From assembly GCA_963663805.2 (NCBI GenBank), contig CAXXMR010000002.1, positions 1 to 64,000 on the forward strand: a DNA stretch of 64,000 nucleotides, read 5' to 3'. A model generated the notes under the pieces. The model worked only from the letters and a program-made list of their open reading frames with translations, was not told the origin of the DNA and made no database searches. The position numbers and the translations under genes were made by a program. The DNA is from Sedimentisphaerales bacterium. Its GTDB lineage: Bacteria; Planctomycetota; Phycisphaerae; Sedimentisphaerales; SM23-30. Numbering within the stretch: position 1 is the stretch's first letter; the number at the start of each line of letters is the position of its first letter. Shown in pieces: positions 48,569 through 58,559 of the stretch.

Positions 48569-49390
48569 ATGATAACCAGCCTGCAAAATAACCTGGTCAA
48601 ATGCGTGGTCAAACTCAAAGACCGCAAACACAGACAGCGCGAGAATATTTTCCTCATCGAAGGCGAAACAGAACTTCGGCACGCTTTGGCCAATACTATC
48701 GAATTTGAAACTCTGCTCTACTGTCCTTCGATAATGCGGGCGAATCTGGATTTTAACACTCCGGAAAAACTCAAGTCATGTCCCCAATTCAGTCAGACAG
48801 AAATCATCGAAGTGACCGAACAGGTTTTCGCCAAAATTGCCTACCGCGACCAGACCGGCGGGATAGTCGCCCTGGCTCACACACCAAAAATAACTACCGC
48901 TGACATATCGCTATCCGACAATCCCTTCATTCTCGTTGTCCACGGCGTGGAAAAACCCGGCAATCTGGGCGCTTTACTGCGGACCGCTGACGCAGCGGGA
49001 GTCGATGCGATTTTACTTTGTGACCCCGACATCGATCTCTATAATCCCAATGTTATCCGCGCCAGCCTGGGAGCGATTTTTACCGTTGGAACGGTAATCA
49101 TGTCGTCGAGCGATGCCCTGGATTGGCTGAAGAAAAATAAAATCAATATTATTGTTTCCACTCCCGACACTACCGCCAACTATTGCGATATTAATCTTGC
49201 CGGCGCGACGGCTCTGGTTGTGGGCAGCGAAAAGGACGGGGTTAGCGATGAATGGCTTGGTCCTGACCTCAAACAGGTTCGCATTCCCATGTATGGGCAG
49301 ATGGATTCGCTGAATATTTCCTGTAGTGCGGCGATTTTGCTTTATGAAACATTACGTCAACGGGGCGGCGGTGCCTTCGGCGGGGTTTGA
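48569..49390 (+). CDS. TrmH/SpoU-family RNA methyltransferase
   Basis: EKPGNLGALLRTADAAG, VGSEKDG, IPMYGQMDSLNIS. Confidence 0.92.
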   Translation: MITSLQNNLVKCVVKLKDRKHRQRENIFLIEGETELRHALANTIEFETLLYCPSIMRANLDFNTPEKLKSCPQFSQTEIIEVTEQVFAKIAYRDQTGGIVALAHTPKITTADISLSDNPFILVVHGVEKPGNLGALLRTADAAGVDAILLCDPDIDLYNPNVIRASLGAIFTVGTVIMSSSDALDWLKKNKINIIVSTPDTTANYCDINLAGATALVVGSEKDGVSDEWLGPDLKQVRIPMYGQMDSLNISCSAAILLYETLRQRGGGAFGGV

Positions 49391-49520
49391 TGATTGTTTT
49401 GGAGTAAAGGAGGGGTTGGGGTACTCGGATCTGGCCGCTTACGCGGCTCGGCTTCTGATAGTGGTTGGGATTGATTTGTTGGTTTGTGGTGGGGCTAAAT
49501 GTAAAATTAACAGCTTTAAA

Positions 49521-50690
49521 TTATTGTAAGGGGATGTCGAACTCGAAGGCGTGTCTCGCCAGGCGATGTGGTCGATGTCTGGCGACATTAAACAGCAAAC
49601 CCACTGCGATAAAATTCGACACCAGACCACTGCCGCCATAACTTACAAACGGCAAGGTCATGCCCGTTACCGGCATTATCCCCATCGTCATACCCACATT
49701 GATAAACATCTGCGCAGCCAGCAGCGTTGCGATACCTATCGCGAGTAATCGGCCAAAGGGGTCAACCTGAGTTGAAGCTATCTCTACCGCTGCTGTCAAT
49801 ACCAGCCCATACAAAATCAGCAGCAGGATTACTCCGACAAGGCCCCACTGATGAGAAATCAGAGCGAAGATAAAATCGTTGTGCCGGTCGGGCAGGGGAC
49901 GATATTTTACAAACGTACTGGTTTCCTCGGTCTTGCCCGCAACTCCGCCGGTGGCGATATATATTTTCGACTGCCGCAACTGATAACCCGGACCGCGGAG
50001 CCAGTAAGGATTATCATCGTTCTGCCGCAAAAGCACTTCTATACGTTCGCGCTGATAAGGTTCCATCTTCAGATAAAACAGCGGACACATGCCCAGTCCC
50101 ACCAGGATGATTGTCAACAGATGCTTAACTCGAGCACCAGCCACAAACAACATTGCGAAAAGCACCGGCAGAAAAAGCATAACCGTCCCCAAATCCGGTT
50201 CAAGCAGGATAAGTGCCATCGGCAGCATTGTCAGGGCAAAAGGGGCGATTAGTCCACTGAGATTTCTATAATGACTGCGCTGGCGAAGATACCAAGCCAG
50301 GGCGGCGATATATGTCAGCTTTGCCAGCTCCGAAGGCTGGACGCGGCTGGCATCGACTGTGGGTATAACATAAATCCACCGGCAAGCACCACGAATGGCT
50401 GGGACCAGCTCACGTATCCCCAGATATTTACCTACCAGAACCAGAACCAGCAATACCAGCGTTAAGCCGAACAGAAAATAACTTATCTGGCCCAGCCAGC
50501 GATAATGCACCAGATTAACCGCAGCGAACGTGGCCAGGCCAACTCCCAGAAAAATCATCTGCCGATTGGATTCGGCCAAATGACCGGAATCACGAATCGT
50601 CATCAGGCCTATCAGAACGAGAGCCCCCACAGCCAGCATCATCACCAGCCTTAACCCGCCCATTCGTCCATAAATTATTCTTTCCAACAT
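49521..50690 (-). CDS. rodA: SEDS-family peptidoglycan polymerase (RodA/FtsW)
   Basis: GACRWI, QPSELAK, EPDLGT, GYQLRQS, HNDFIF, PVTGMTLPFVSYGGS. Confidence 0.85.
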   Translation of the reverse strand: MLERIIYGRMGGLRLVMMLAVGALVLIGLMTIRDSGHLAESNRQMIFLGVGLATFAAVNLVHYRWLGQISYFLFGLTLVLLVLVLVGKYLGIRELVPAIRGACRWIYVIPTVDASRVQPSELAKLTYIAALAWYLRQRSHYRNLSGLIAPFALTMLPMALILLEPDLGTVMLFLPVLFAMLFVAGARVKHLLTIILVGLGMCPLFYLKMEPYQRERIEVLLRQNDDNPYWLRGPGYQLRQSKIYIATGGVAGKTEETSTFVKYRPLPDRHNDFIFALISHQWGLVGVILLLILYGLVLTAAVEIASTQVDPFGRLLAIGIATLLAAQMFINVGMTMGIMPVTGMTLPFVSYGGSGLVSNFIAVGLLFNVARHRPHRLARHAFEFDIPLQ

Positions 50691-50803
50691 CCGTGTTTAC
50701 CTATACTACATTTACCGTCATTCTAACAAGTTTGTCCGGGGTGGTAAATGACCGAAAGGTAAATCAAATTGTTGTCAGGGGCCAAACCAGCTATTATTAC
50801 GCC

Positions 50804-51382
50804 ATGAAAAGAATCATCATCATCGACAACTACGACTCTTTCACCTACAATCTTGTCCAGGCCGTCGCGGTTATCGAACAGGTTGAATGGGTAAAAGTTT
50901 TCCGCAATGACCAGATTACTCCTGCGGACCTGGCCCCCTTCCAACCAAGTCACCTTATCATCTCGCCCGGTCCCTGCACACCCGCCCAGGCTGGCGACAG
51001 CAATGATATTATTCGATATTGGCAAGGCCAAATCCCCATACTGGGCGTCTGCCTCGGCCATCAGTGTATCGCTGAAGTGCTCGGCGGAAAAATCATAAGA
51101 GCCCCCAAATGTATGCACGGCAAAACATCCCTGGTTCAGCATGACGGCCAAACTATTTTTACGGGACTACCCAATCCCTTCAAGGCTATGCGCTACCATT
51201 CCCTCATCGCCGAATTCACCAATCTTCCCGCTGATGTGGAAATCTCCGCCCAAACCGATACCGGCGAAATTATGGCACTTCGCAACCGCCAACTTAAACT
51301 CGAAGGGGTACAGTTCCACCCCGAAAGTTTCGCGACCAAGGTAGGCCCAAAACTTGTCCGAAACTTTTTAGACTTATCCTGA
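50804..51382 (+). CDS. trpG: Anthranilate / aminodeoxychorismate synthase component II (TrpG/PabA)
   Basis: IDNYDSFTYNL, ISPGP, GVCLGHQ, RYHSL, GVQFHPES. Confidence 0.9.
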   Translation: MKRIIIIDNYDSFTYNLVQAVAVIEQVEWVKVFRNDQITPADLAPFQPSHLIISPGPCTPAQAGDSNDIIRYWQGQIPILGVCLGHQCIAEVLGGKIIRAPKCMHGKTSLVQHDGQTIFTGLPNPFKAMRYHSLIAEFTNLPADVEISAQTDTGEIMALRNRQLKLEGVQFHPESFATKVGPKLVRNFLDLS

Positions 51383-51401
51383 TGTTAATGTGTGGAGACA
51401 T

Positions 51402-51445
51402 AAAAAAAGAAAACATCGAGTACCCGAAGGCAACTCGATGTTTTC
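51402..51445 (-). terminator. Intrinsic terminator, strongest on the minus strand (may also end trpG)
   Basis: GAAAACATCGAGT/ACTCGATGTTTTC stem with a C(UUCG)G loop and a U7 tract on the minus strand. Confidence 0.75.
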
Positions 51446-51975
51446 CGGAGGGGAGAAAACTCTAAAATTTGTATCGTCAACTCAGGGTTCTAAACTTTAG
51501 CCTTGAGCAATCTTTTTTTATTATACTGTTAAATAGTTTTCCACAATCCAAAATATTAAGTTTAACGCAACCAACGGCGTTCCAACTTTTCCGGATTCCA
51601 CGCCCTTAACAGTATTGGTATCCTTACACCAGGAACTCTTACTTCCTTACCTCGCATTTCATTCTACCACATTTTTTAGTCTTTGCAAACATATTGGTAA
51701 CTAATTTTAAAAAAATGTTCACTTTTCCCCTTTACCAGCAATGACTTACGACTCTCAATGGTACGTCCAGACAGCCTTGGTACGCCTGTTAAATCCCCAT
51801 TGACACTACCACTAACATTATTATTAAATCTTATAGTCTGTGTTATAATTAATTGGTGAGTCAATTTTATGTCGTTTTTTCATCCTAGTCGTATTAACAT
51901 AACATCATGTAATTACAGCCGTTAAATTTTGGCGACTTAAATAATGAAAATAATATAGACCAATAAGGGATTTTG

Positions 51976-53022
51976 ATGTCGGAAATAAAAACGCTTTCCC
52001 CTATGGATAATCACACCAGAATAAACCTAGAGCATCTTACCGAACTCTGGAATCAGGAAAATTTGTTTGAACTGGGAGAGTGGGCCAACCAAAAATCAAC
52101 TCAGCTTCATCAGAACCAAATTTTTTTTTCTATCAACCGTCATATCAACTATACCAACTATTGTCAGTTCGCTTGTGAGTTCTGTTACTTTTGCCGCAAG
52201 CCCCATCAGTCGGATTGTCACACGATGGCTGCGGACAAAGTTGTGGAACTGGCAATCCAGGCAGCCCAGTCGGGTGCCTCCGAAGTTCATATCGTGGGAG
52301 GTGTCAACCCGGAACTGACTCTGGATTATTATCTGAATATGATTAGCGGTATCCGTCGGTCATGTCCCCAGTTATATATCAAGGCTTTTACCGCGACGGA
52401 AATTTCCGCCCTGGCCGCCCTGACTGGGCTGACTGCAGAGAGAATTCTGGGCAGATTTATCGAAGCGGGCCTCAATGCCCTGCCCGGCGGCGGTGCCGAA
52501 ATATTGGATGGTGAATATTTCAAAATCCATTGCCCCCATAAGCCCGGCCCTCAAAAATACCTACAAATCCATGCCACCGCTCATACTCTCGGTATCGATA
52601 CCAACGCCACCATGCTCTATGGGTTCGGAGAAACTTTGCAACAACGCAGCCAACACCTGCTCACTCTCCGTCGGGCCCAGGATAAGGCCCTCGAAAAAGG
52701 ACGGGGCAGGTTCCGCTGCTTTGTACCACTGCCCTACCAAAAAACCGGTCTAACGCCCCAGGCCCTCCGCGATCTGCGAACGATTGCCCTGAGTCGCTTA
52801 ACGCTGGACAACTTTGACCACATAAAAGCATTCTGGCCTATGCTGGGGCTGCCGCTGGCCCAACTGGCACTTTGTTTCGGCGCAACCGATCTGGATGGAA
52901 CCGTTGCAGAATATCAAATCGTCGATAGCCCAACCCAACATATCAGCGTCGAACAAATCGAAAAACTCATTATCGCTGCCGGCAAGACGCCTACCCTCAA
53001 AAAAACCGCCAATGCCAATTAG
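51976..53022 (+). CDS. mqnE: Radical SAM protein, aminofutalosine synthase MqnE-like (CofH/MqnC/MqnE family)
   Basis: HINYTNYCQFACEFCYF, EVHIVGG, IKAFTATEI, LPGGGAEI, NATMLYG, DNFDHIKAFW. Confidence 0.8.
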   Translation: MSEIKTLSPMDNHTRINLEHLTELWNQENLFELGEWANQKSTQLHQNQIFFSINRHINYTNYCQFACEFCYFCRKPHQSDCHTMAADKVVELAIQAAQSGASEVHIVGGVNPELTLDYYLNMISGIRRSCPQLYIKAFTATEISALAALTGLTAERILGRFIEAGLNALPGGGAEILDGEYFKIHCPHKPGPQKYLQIHATAHTLGIDTNATMLYGFGETLQQRSQHLLTLRRAQDKALEKGRGRFRCFVPLPYQKTGLTPQALRDLRTIALSRLTLDNFDHIKAFWPMLGLPLAQLALCFGATDLDGTVAEYQIVDSPTQHISVEQIEKLIIAAGKTPTLKKTANAN

Positions 53023-54032
53023 AGGTGGGGTTTATGCGGATACATCAATACCGTGCGACGAAGCACCTCCTGAAAACCGCAACTCCGATAAAGCTCATAA
53101 GCATTTTCATTGCGGACATCTACAGCCAGCGTAAGGCATTCCATCCCTAACCGCCAGGCATTTGCCAAGCCTCGATTGACCAGCAACCTCCCCAAGCCAT
53201 GCCCGCGTGCTTCCGGCACCAAACCCATATAAGTTAAATCCGCGGCATTACCCTCAGCCAGAGGCGTGCACAAAACCACACCCGCCGGCCGACCATCAAC
53301 TAATAACATGTTCCAGCAGCTCGAATCAAAATCTCCAACGGATTTATGGCCGGCAATTACATCTTCCATATCACGCCGACTCGCCAGTTCTGGACAATCC
53401 AGACTATCCTGATAAGTAGAGGCAATCACATCCCGAAAAACATTATGAATCTCCGAATCGTAGCTGACCCACTCACAGCCAACGGGTATCAAAGCATTAA
53501 AACACCCCGCCGAAATCGTGCGGGCCATATACACCAAATCGGTCAATTTCTCAAAACCCGCCCGCAAACCCAGTTCATAACGACCCTGGTCATCAGGGGT
53601 CACTAACATCTGTAAAAGATTGACACCCCCAGCAAAAGCCCACTCCGTCAACTGCTTCAAAGCCTCAACAAAAGCTCCCGCCTGAGCATCATCCAGGCCC
53701 GCTCGACAAGAAGGAGACATCAAGACAAAGGCTGTGCGACCTGGGTTACAAGCGAACATACAGGCAAAAAGAATTTTCTCGTTCCGAATCGCTAATATCT
53801 GCCGGGTCAAATCATATTCATGACATTCCGCCAGCTTGCGAAATTTAGATATCTTGTCTGCCCCGCCCGGCTGGTCTTTTAGAAGAACCCGCAAAGCCTG
53901 CTCAATTTCCGCTTCGTCGGCATTTACCCGACGAATTTCGGGCAACTTACGCACCAACGCCTCAGAACGTACTTCCGCCAGCGCATCTTTCAACTTTGTG
54001 GTTCTCTTTATGTTGCATCGAAAAGGTGACAT
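53019..54032 (-). CDS. GNAT-family acetyltransferase (tandem GNAT)
   Basis: YMGLVPEARGHGLG..LAVDVRNENAYELYRSCGF. Confidence 0.85.
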   Translation of the reverse strand: MSPFRCNIKRTTKLKDALAEVRSEALVRKLPEIRRVNADEAEIEQALRVLLKDQPGGADKISKFRKLAECHEYDLTRQILAIRNEKILFACMFACNPGRTAFVLMSPSCRAGLDDAQAGAFVEALKQLTEWAFAGGVNLLQMLVTPDDQGRYELGLRAGFEKLTDLVYMARTISAGCFNALIPVGCEWVSYDSEIHNVFRDVIASTYQDSLDCPELASRRDMEDVIAGHKSVGDFDSSCWNMLLVDGRPAGVVLCTPLAEGNAADLTYMGLVPEARGHGLGRLLVNRGLANAWRLGMECLTLAVDVRNENAYELYRSCGFQEVLRRTVLMYPHKPHL

Positions 54033-54043
54033 AATTGTAATTT

Positions 54044-55849
54044 TTACTGAGCCAGCGGGCCGGGAGATTTATCCGCCGCCTGCTGACGAAGCTGCGTTAT
54101 CTTTTCCATAACCCGCTTATGAATTTCGGGATACTCTATCTCCAGGCGAGCCATAAACTGACCCTTAACATAAGGATCGACGGCATCATCGCCCAGAAAT
54201 TCCATCATGGCCAGCCAACGCATCTCGGCGAAATCCGGCAGACTGGTACGGTCACCCTCGACATCATCAAATTCCTCATTGAATTTTTTATGTACCAGGC
54301 GAGCGAACTCCTCACGTATACGCGAATTCTGAATATCACCTACGGCATAACGCCAGAAACTGTCCCGCAAACCGGACTTAATGAAATTACTTGCCTGTTT
54401 CGGCGTAATACTGGCAATTTCTTCACGCAGATAACCCTGCACAAACTTCTCGATGGGAACCTGAAATTCCGGATTCTCCGGCTCGCGACTCCGCAAATCA
54501 TTATAATAGTTCCGGGCCATCTTCTCATGGCCGGCTAGAAATAAATCCACCACCCCATTACGTCCCAGGTTCATCGACCCTACCTGAAAACCACCCGGCA
54601 CTCTCTCGTCGGTCCCTTCATATGAAGAAATCAAATCCTTCGTCGCCTGATACGCCACCGGAAACATCGTCAAATCCTGACTCACAAACGCTCGCAAGCC
54701 TACCTGGTCCGGCCGACGCAATATCTCCTGACCCTCCTCACGCTCAGTCGCTACCGGCGGCGGGGCACTCTGATAGATATTCAACTGGCCATAATGAAAA
54801 AAGTTCTGGAGATTATGATAAAGGTTTCGTTCCAAGCGAGTTGGGTGGTAATTTTTCTTTACTTCAACGGCCTTTATGCCAACATAAGCCCAGTACAACG
54901 CATGGGCGTAAGGCAAACGCCAGTCGATGTTCCCCCGCGTCATGCCGTCCCGCAAATCAACCGGGCCGTACTTGTTATTTATCTCGATCATCGTGTTCGG
55001 ATCCATCTTCCAGGTGTCCCGCAATTGACCGGACCGAACATAAAACTCCAGCTTGCGAACCGCGAGATTAGCAGCATTGCCCAAAATTTCCAATACCTCG
55101 GGGACACACCCTTTCAGCCCCTGCTCCGCCACACCTTTAAGCATATCTTTATCGTTGTCAAACTTCGGCTCAATCTCAACCAGCTTGTCAGCCAAGGCCG
55201 CCAAATCCAGATTCTTGCTGCGATACTTATCCCAGCTCCGATCCACCCCCGCCAAGGCTGCCAGCTCTTCGTTCGTACCGTTACCCACTCCCAGGATCGG
55301 CATCATTTCCGTCGCCAAACGCAGCTTGTAATAATAATGGGCATCATCGGAAATCGCGCCCATCTTATGCTGAAATATCATTACCAACGAATGATATATT
55401 TTTTCGTTACCCGGATTGTATTTCAAACCCTCGTCCCGCAGCAGTTCAAAGCCCGCCCGCACCCAGTTCCAGCGTTCCGGGAAAGTCGGCATCGCCACCG
55501 AAATATTATACGCCATATTCCACGCCTGAAAATCCCAGACACTCGCCAGGTTCGGCTGTAAAGCGCAAATCAAGCGTGACAAATGCAAAGCGTCAAAATA
55601 CTGACCGTCATTCTTGAGATTATCCGCCCGTATCCACAGGTAGTCCAGAATCAGACTGCGAAAAGTGAACATTGCCACCGTCGGTATCCGCAGTTCGCCG
55701 GCAATCTCCGAACCCTTCAGCGGTTCTTCATAATCCAGACCCAACTCACGACGCACACTATCCAAAGGAGAAAGCCTGCTCGCCGCCAATGCCAAAAGCA
55801 CCAGCGCTAGCAATATTAAAACCAATGTTATGAACCGGTTATTCTTCAT
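54044..55849 (-). CDS. Conserved hypothetical membrane-anchored helical protein
   Basis: N-terminal TM helix; DYLWIRA..LQP..VWDFQAWNMAYNISV; closely follows the ABC genes. Confidence 0.65.
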   Translation of the reverse strand: MKNNRFITLVLILLALVLLALAASRLSPLDSVRRELGLDYEEPLKGSEIAGELRIPTVAMFTFRSLILDYLWIRADNLKNDGQYFDALHLSRLICALQPNLASVWDFQAWNMAYNISVAMPTFPERWNWVRAGFELLRDEGLKYNPGNEKIYHSLVMIFQHKMGAISDDAHYYYKLRLATEMMPILGVGNGTNEELAALAGVDRSWDKYRSKNLDLAALADKLVEIEPKFDNDKDMLKGVAEQGLKGCVPEVLEILGNAANLAVRKLEFYVRSGQLRDTWKMDPNTMIEINNKYGPVDLRDGMTRGNIDWRLPYAHALYWAYVGIKAVEVKKNYHPTRLERNLYHNLQNFFHYGQLNIYQSAPPPVATEREEGQEILRRPDQVGLRAFVSQDLTMFPVAYQATKDLISSYEGTDERVPGGFQVGSMNLGRNGVVDLFLAGHEKMARNYYNDLRSREPENPEFQVPIEKFVQGYLREEIASITPKQASNFIKSGLRDSFWRYAVGDIQNSRIREEFARLVHKKFNEEFDDVEGDRTSLPDFAEMRWLAMMEFLGDDAVDPYVKGQFMARLEIEYPEIHKRVMEKITQLRQQAADKSPGPLAQ

Positions 55850-55881
55850 TTATTGTTTATCACCATCTCGTGGAAAAATCC

Positions 55882-57261
55882 CTAAACGATAACCCGCGCC
55901 AGCTCCCGGAACTTGAATATCAAATAACCAAACAGCGAAACCAGACCGCCCTTGACTATTACCATAAAAAGAAACGCCTGGTAAAGCATCTCCGCCGATA
56001 CCAAACGCCCTTTTTGAATATTATCTACCGGGTCGTAAGCCGCGAAGTCCGGCATCAGCCACAGTAAGGTACGTGTTATCTGAGTATGAACCACCGCCTC
56101 GGACCAGTCCAGCGACTCCAGAATAAATCCGCTCGACACTCCCATCAAAAACACCACCATCGTAAACAGCACCGCCACCGGGAAACTCAGCCACGCCGCC
56201 ATCGCCAGACTGAACATCCCCAAAAATAACAATCGCATATATATCGCGACCAAAGTTCGCAGAAAATTACCCGTGAAACCGCCGTAAACATACAACGCCT
56301 CAATGCCTGTCCCCGGAGGATATATCACAATTGTCGGGGCATTGACCGTCGGATTATTATACGTCACATAAAGTTCACCATCGGCGCTGACAGCGTCGTC
56401 AATCGGCACCGGAAATTCATGCACCGTGCGAATGGTATCACGACGAGGCTCCATAAGCGTACCGCCGGCCTGTAACGGGTCTTTCGGGCCATAAGCCCAC
56501 TGACTGAACGTAGCTTCACCCACCGGCGAATTCGAGACATCCTGTTTATAACGGATATAAACATTCCCCGTCCGGTCGCGAGGCACAATATCCTTAAAAT
56601 GAAAAGTCAGATACCCACCCGGTAAAGCCGAACGACGCCAGTGTATTTCCTGCTTATAATATTCCATCCACATGGCCTGACGCATCGCTTCCATTTGCAT
56701 TGGGTCAGTCATTTTTGCTTCACGCACCCGGCGGTCAAAATTATCTTCCACTCGCTTGGCGACATCCGCGTGAACATCCGGCAGCTCCGGCTGAACACTG
56801 CGTCGAGCCACAAACACCAGCTCTGCCAGCCGACCACGTTCATCATCGTTAGTCGGCTCGGTCCGCTCCATTATCCGGCAGCACAAATATATCGACCCGC
56901 CAATTACCACCAGCAGAATTAAATTGATAAGCGACATACCCAGGAATTTCCCCGCCAGATACCCGCCCCGGCTTATCTCTTTGGTCGCGACCATGAAAAT
57001 CTGCTTGCGTTTCAGGTCACGAGTCGTCGTCGCAATCGCCACAAAAATCGTCATCAAAGACAAAATCCCCGCCGTAAAACTCAAACTGTAGCTCAAAAAA
57101 GTCTGAACCTTCTCATCCGCCCGGCCGGTACTCTGATGCAGCCAGTAAGTAAAGCCAAACGTCAAAAACGCCGCCACCACACCCGTAAATATCATCAGGG
57201 CCTTCATTCGGAAGAACTCCTGAATCAAATTCCGCGCTACCGCCAGCGACTGTCTCATCAC
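55882..57261 (-). CDS. ABC-2-type permease
   Basis: Multiple TM helices; DLKRKQIFMVATKEISRGGYLAGKFLG motif; large extracytoplasmic loop. Confidence 0.8.
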   Translation of the reverse strand: MMRQSLAVARNLIQEFFRMKALMIFTGVVAAFLTFGFTYWLHQSTGRADEKVQTFLSYSLSFTAGILSLMTIFVAIATTTRDLKRKQIFMVATKEISRGGYLAGKFLGMSLINLILLVVIGGSIYLCCRIMERTEPTNDDERGRLAELVFVARRSVQPELPDVHADVAKRVEDNFDRRVREAKMTDPMQMEAMRQAMWMEYYKQEIHWRRSALPGGYLTFHFKDIVPRDRTGNVYIRYKQDVSNSPVGEATFSQWAYGPKDPLQAGGTLMEPRRDTIRTVHEFPVPIDDAVSADGELYVTYNNPTVNAPTIVIYPPGTGIEALYVYGGFTGNFLRTLVAIYMRLLFLGMFSLAMAAWLSFPVAVLFTMVVFLMGVSSGFILESLDWSEAVVHTQITRTLLWLMPDFAAYDPVDNIQKGRLVSAEMLYQAFLFMVIVKGGLVSLFGYLIFKFRELARVIV

Positions 57262-57280
57262 AATCCTTTCAACAACCTAA

Positions 57281-58528
57281 TCACGATGCAGAATTATCGG
57301 AATTCTCACCTTCCGGTCCAGCCTGTTTCTGATCCTTTTTACCCGTCAACGAATCCAGCAAAGACTTGTTAATCTCTCGTCCACCTTCTGTCTCAACTTT
57401 GGTCGGCTCAACCCGCTCAATCTTGGTGGTTAGCTCTTCGTCCTTTTTCTCTGCCGTCAAAGATTCTATCAGTTCCGTCTTGACGGTCTTAGTTGGTTTT
57501 TTCGGCTCAACCTTCGTCGCCTTTTCAGTCTTGAACTTTTCTTCCCGACCGCTGACCAGTTTCTCCAGCAGCACTTCACCCCGGTCAGTTTCTTCTTCCT
57601 TTTCACTACCCAGAAAATCGCTTATCTTGCCGCCCATTTTCGCGCCCGAAGTAGCCGTCGCCGAAGCCTGAGCCTGAGTCACAATCTCCAGAAAATAATC
57701 TTCCAGCCGGTCGCGAGGAATCGAAACCTCAAATTCACCTTCCGGCAGCTCCGCCCGAATAATATTTTTTATATTCTCAATCGCACTTTCGCTCAGCCGG
57801 GCTGTACGGATCTCGGTCATATCCTGATGAGCCAGCAATTCATCCACCCGCCCCTCCGACTGAATCTTACCGCCGTACAGAATACTTATTCTATCGCAGA
57901 CATCCTCTACATCCGCCAGCAAATGACTGCACAGCAGAACCGTCTTGCCGCGTTTGCCTAACTGTATTATCAAATCTTTTATCTGCCGCGTACCAATCGG
58001 GTCCAGCCCGCTGGTCGGCTCATCCAGAATCAGCAGGTCCGGGTCATTTATCAATGCCTGGGCCAGCCCAATACGCCGCATCATCCCCTTGGAAAACTCA
58101 CCCAGAGGACGCTTGCCCACCCCGGCCAGACCAACCATCTCCAAAAGACTATCCGTACGAACTTTTCGTTCGGCACCACTTAAACCAAACAGCTTGCCGT
58201 AAAAATCCAGCGTCTCGCGCGCGTTCAAAAAAGGATACAAATGCGATTCTTCCGGCAGATAACCGATATGACGATTTATCTTGATGTCGCCCGGATCGCC
58301 GCCCAATACCTTTGCCCAACCCCGCGACGGAAACAGCAAACCCAGCAGCATCTTAATCGTCGTACTTTTACCAGAACCATTAGGTCCCAATAGACCAAAA
58401 ACTTCCTTACGTTTCACCTCCAGGTCCAGCGTGTCAACCGCCAGAACCTTCTGATGTCCCCAGAAATCCCGAAAAACCTTCGTCAGGCCCGCTGTCTGTA
58501 TCGCCAAATTGTCAGCATGTTCCGCCAT
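57281..58528 (-). CDS. ABC transporter ATP-binding protein with a charged C-terminal extension
   Basis: GPNGSGKST, FSKGM, LILDEP, CSH. Confidence 0.93.
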   Translation of the reverse strand: MAEHADNLAIQTAGLTKVFRDFWGHQKVLAVDTLDLEVKRKEVFGLLGPNGSGKSTTIKMLLGLLFPSRGWAKVLGGDPGDIKINRHIGYLPEESHLYPFLNARETLDFYGKLFGLSGAERKVRTDSLLEMVGLAGVGKRPLGEFSKGMMRRIGLAQALINDPDLLILDEPTSGLDPIGTRQIKDLIIQLGKRGKTVLLCSHLLADVEDVCDRISILYGGKIQSEGRVDELLAHQDMTEIRTARLSESAIENIKNIIRAELPEGEFEVSIPRDRLEDYFLEIVTQAQASATATSGAKMGGKISDFLGSEKEEETDRGEVLLEKLVSGREEKFKTEKATKVEPKKPTKTVKTELIESLTAEKKDEELTTKIERVEPTKVETEGGREINKSLLDSLTGKKDQKQAGPEGENSDNSAS

Positions 58529-58559
58529 GGCTATTTACCGCCTCTGAAATTTCATATAA

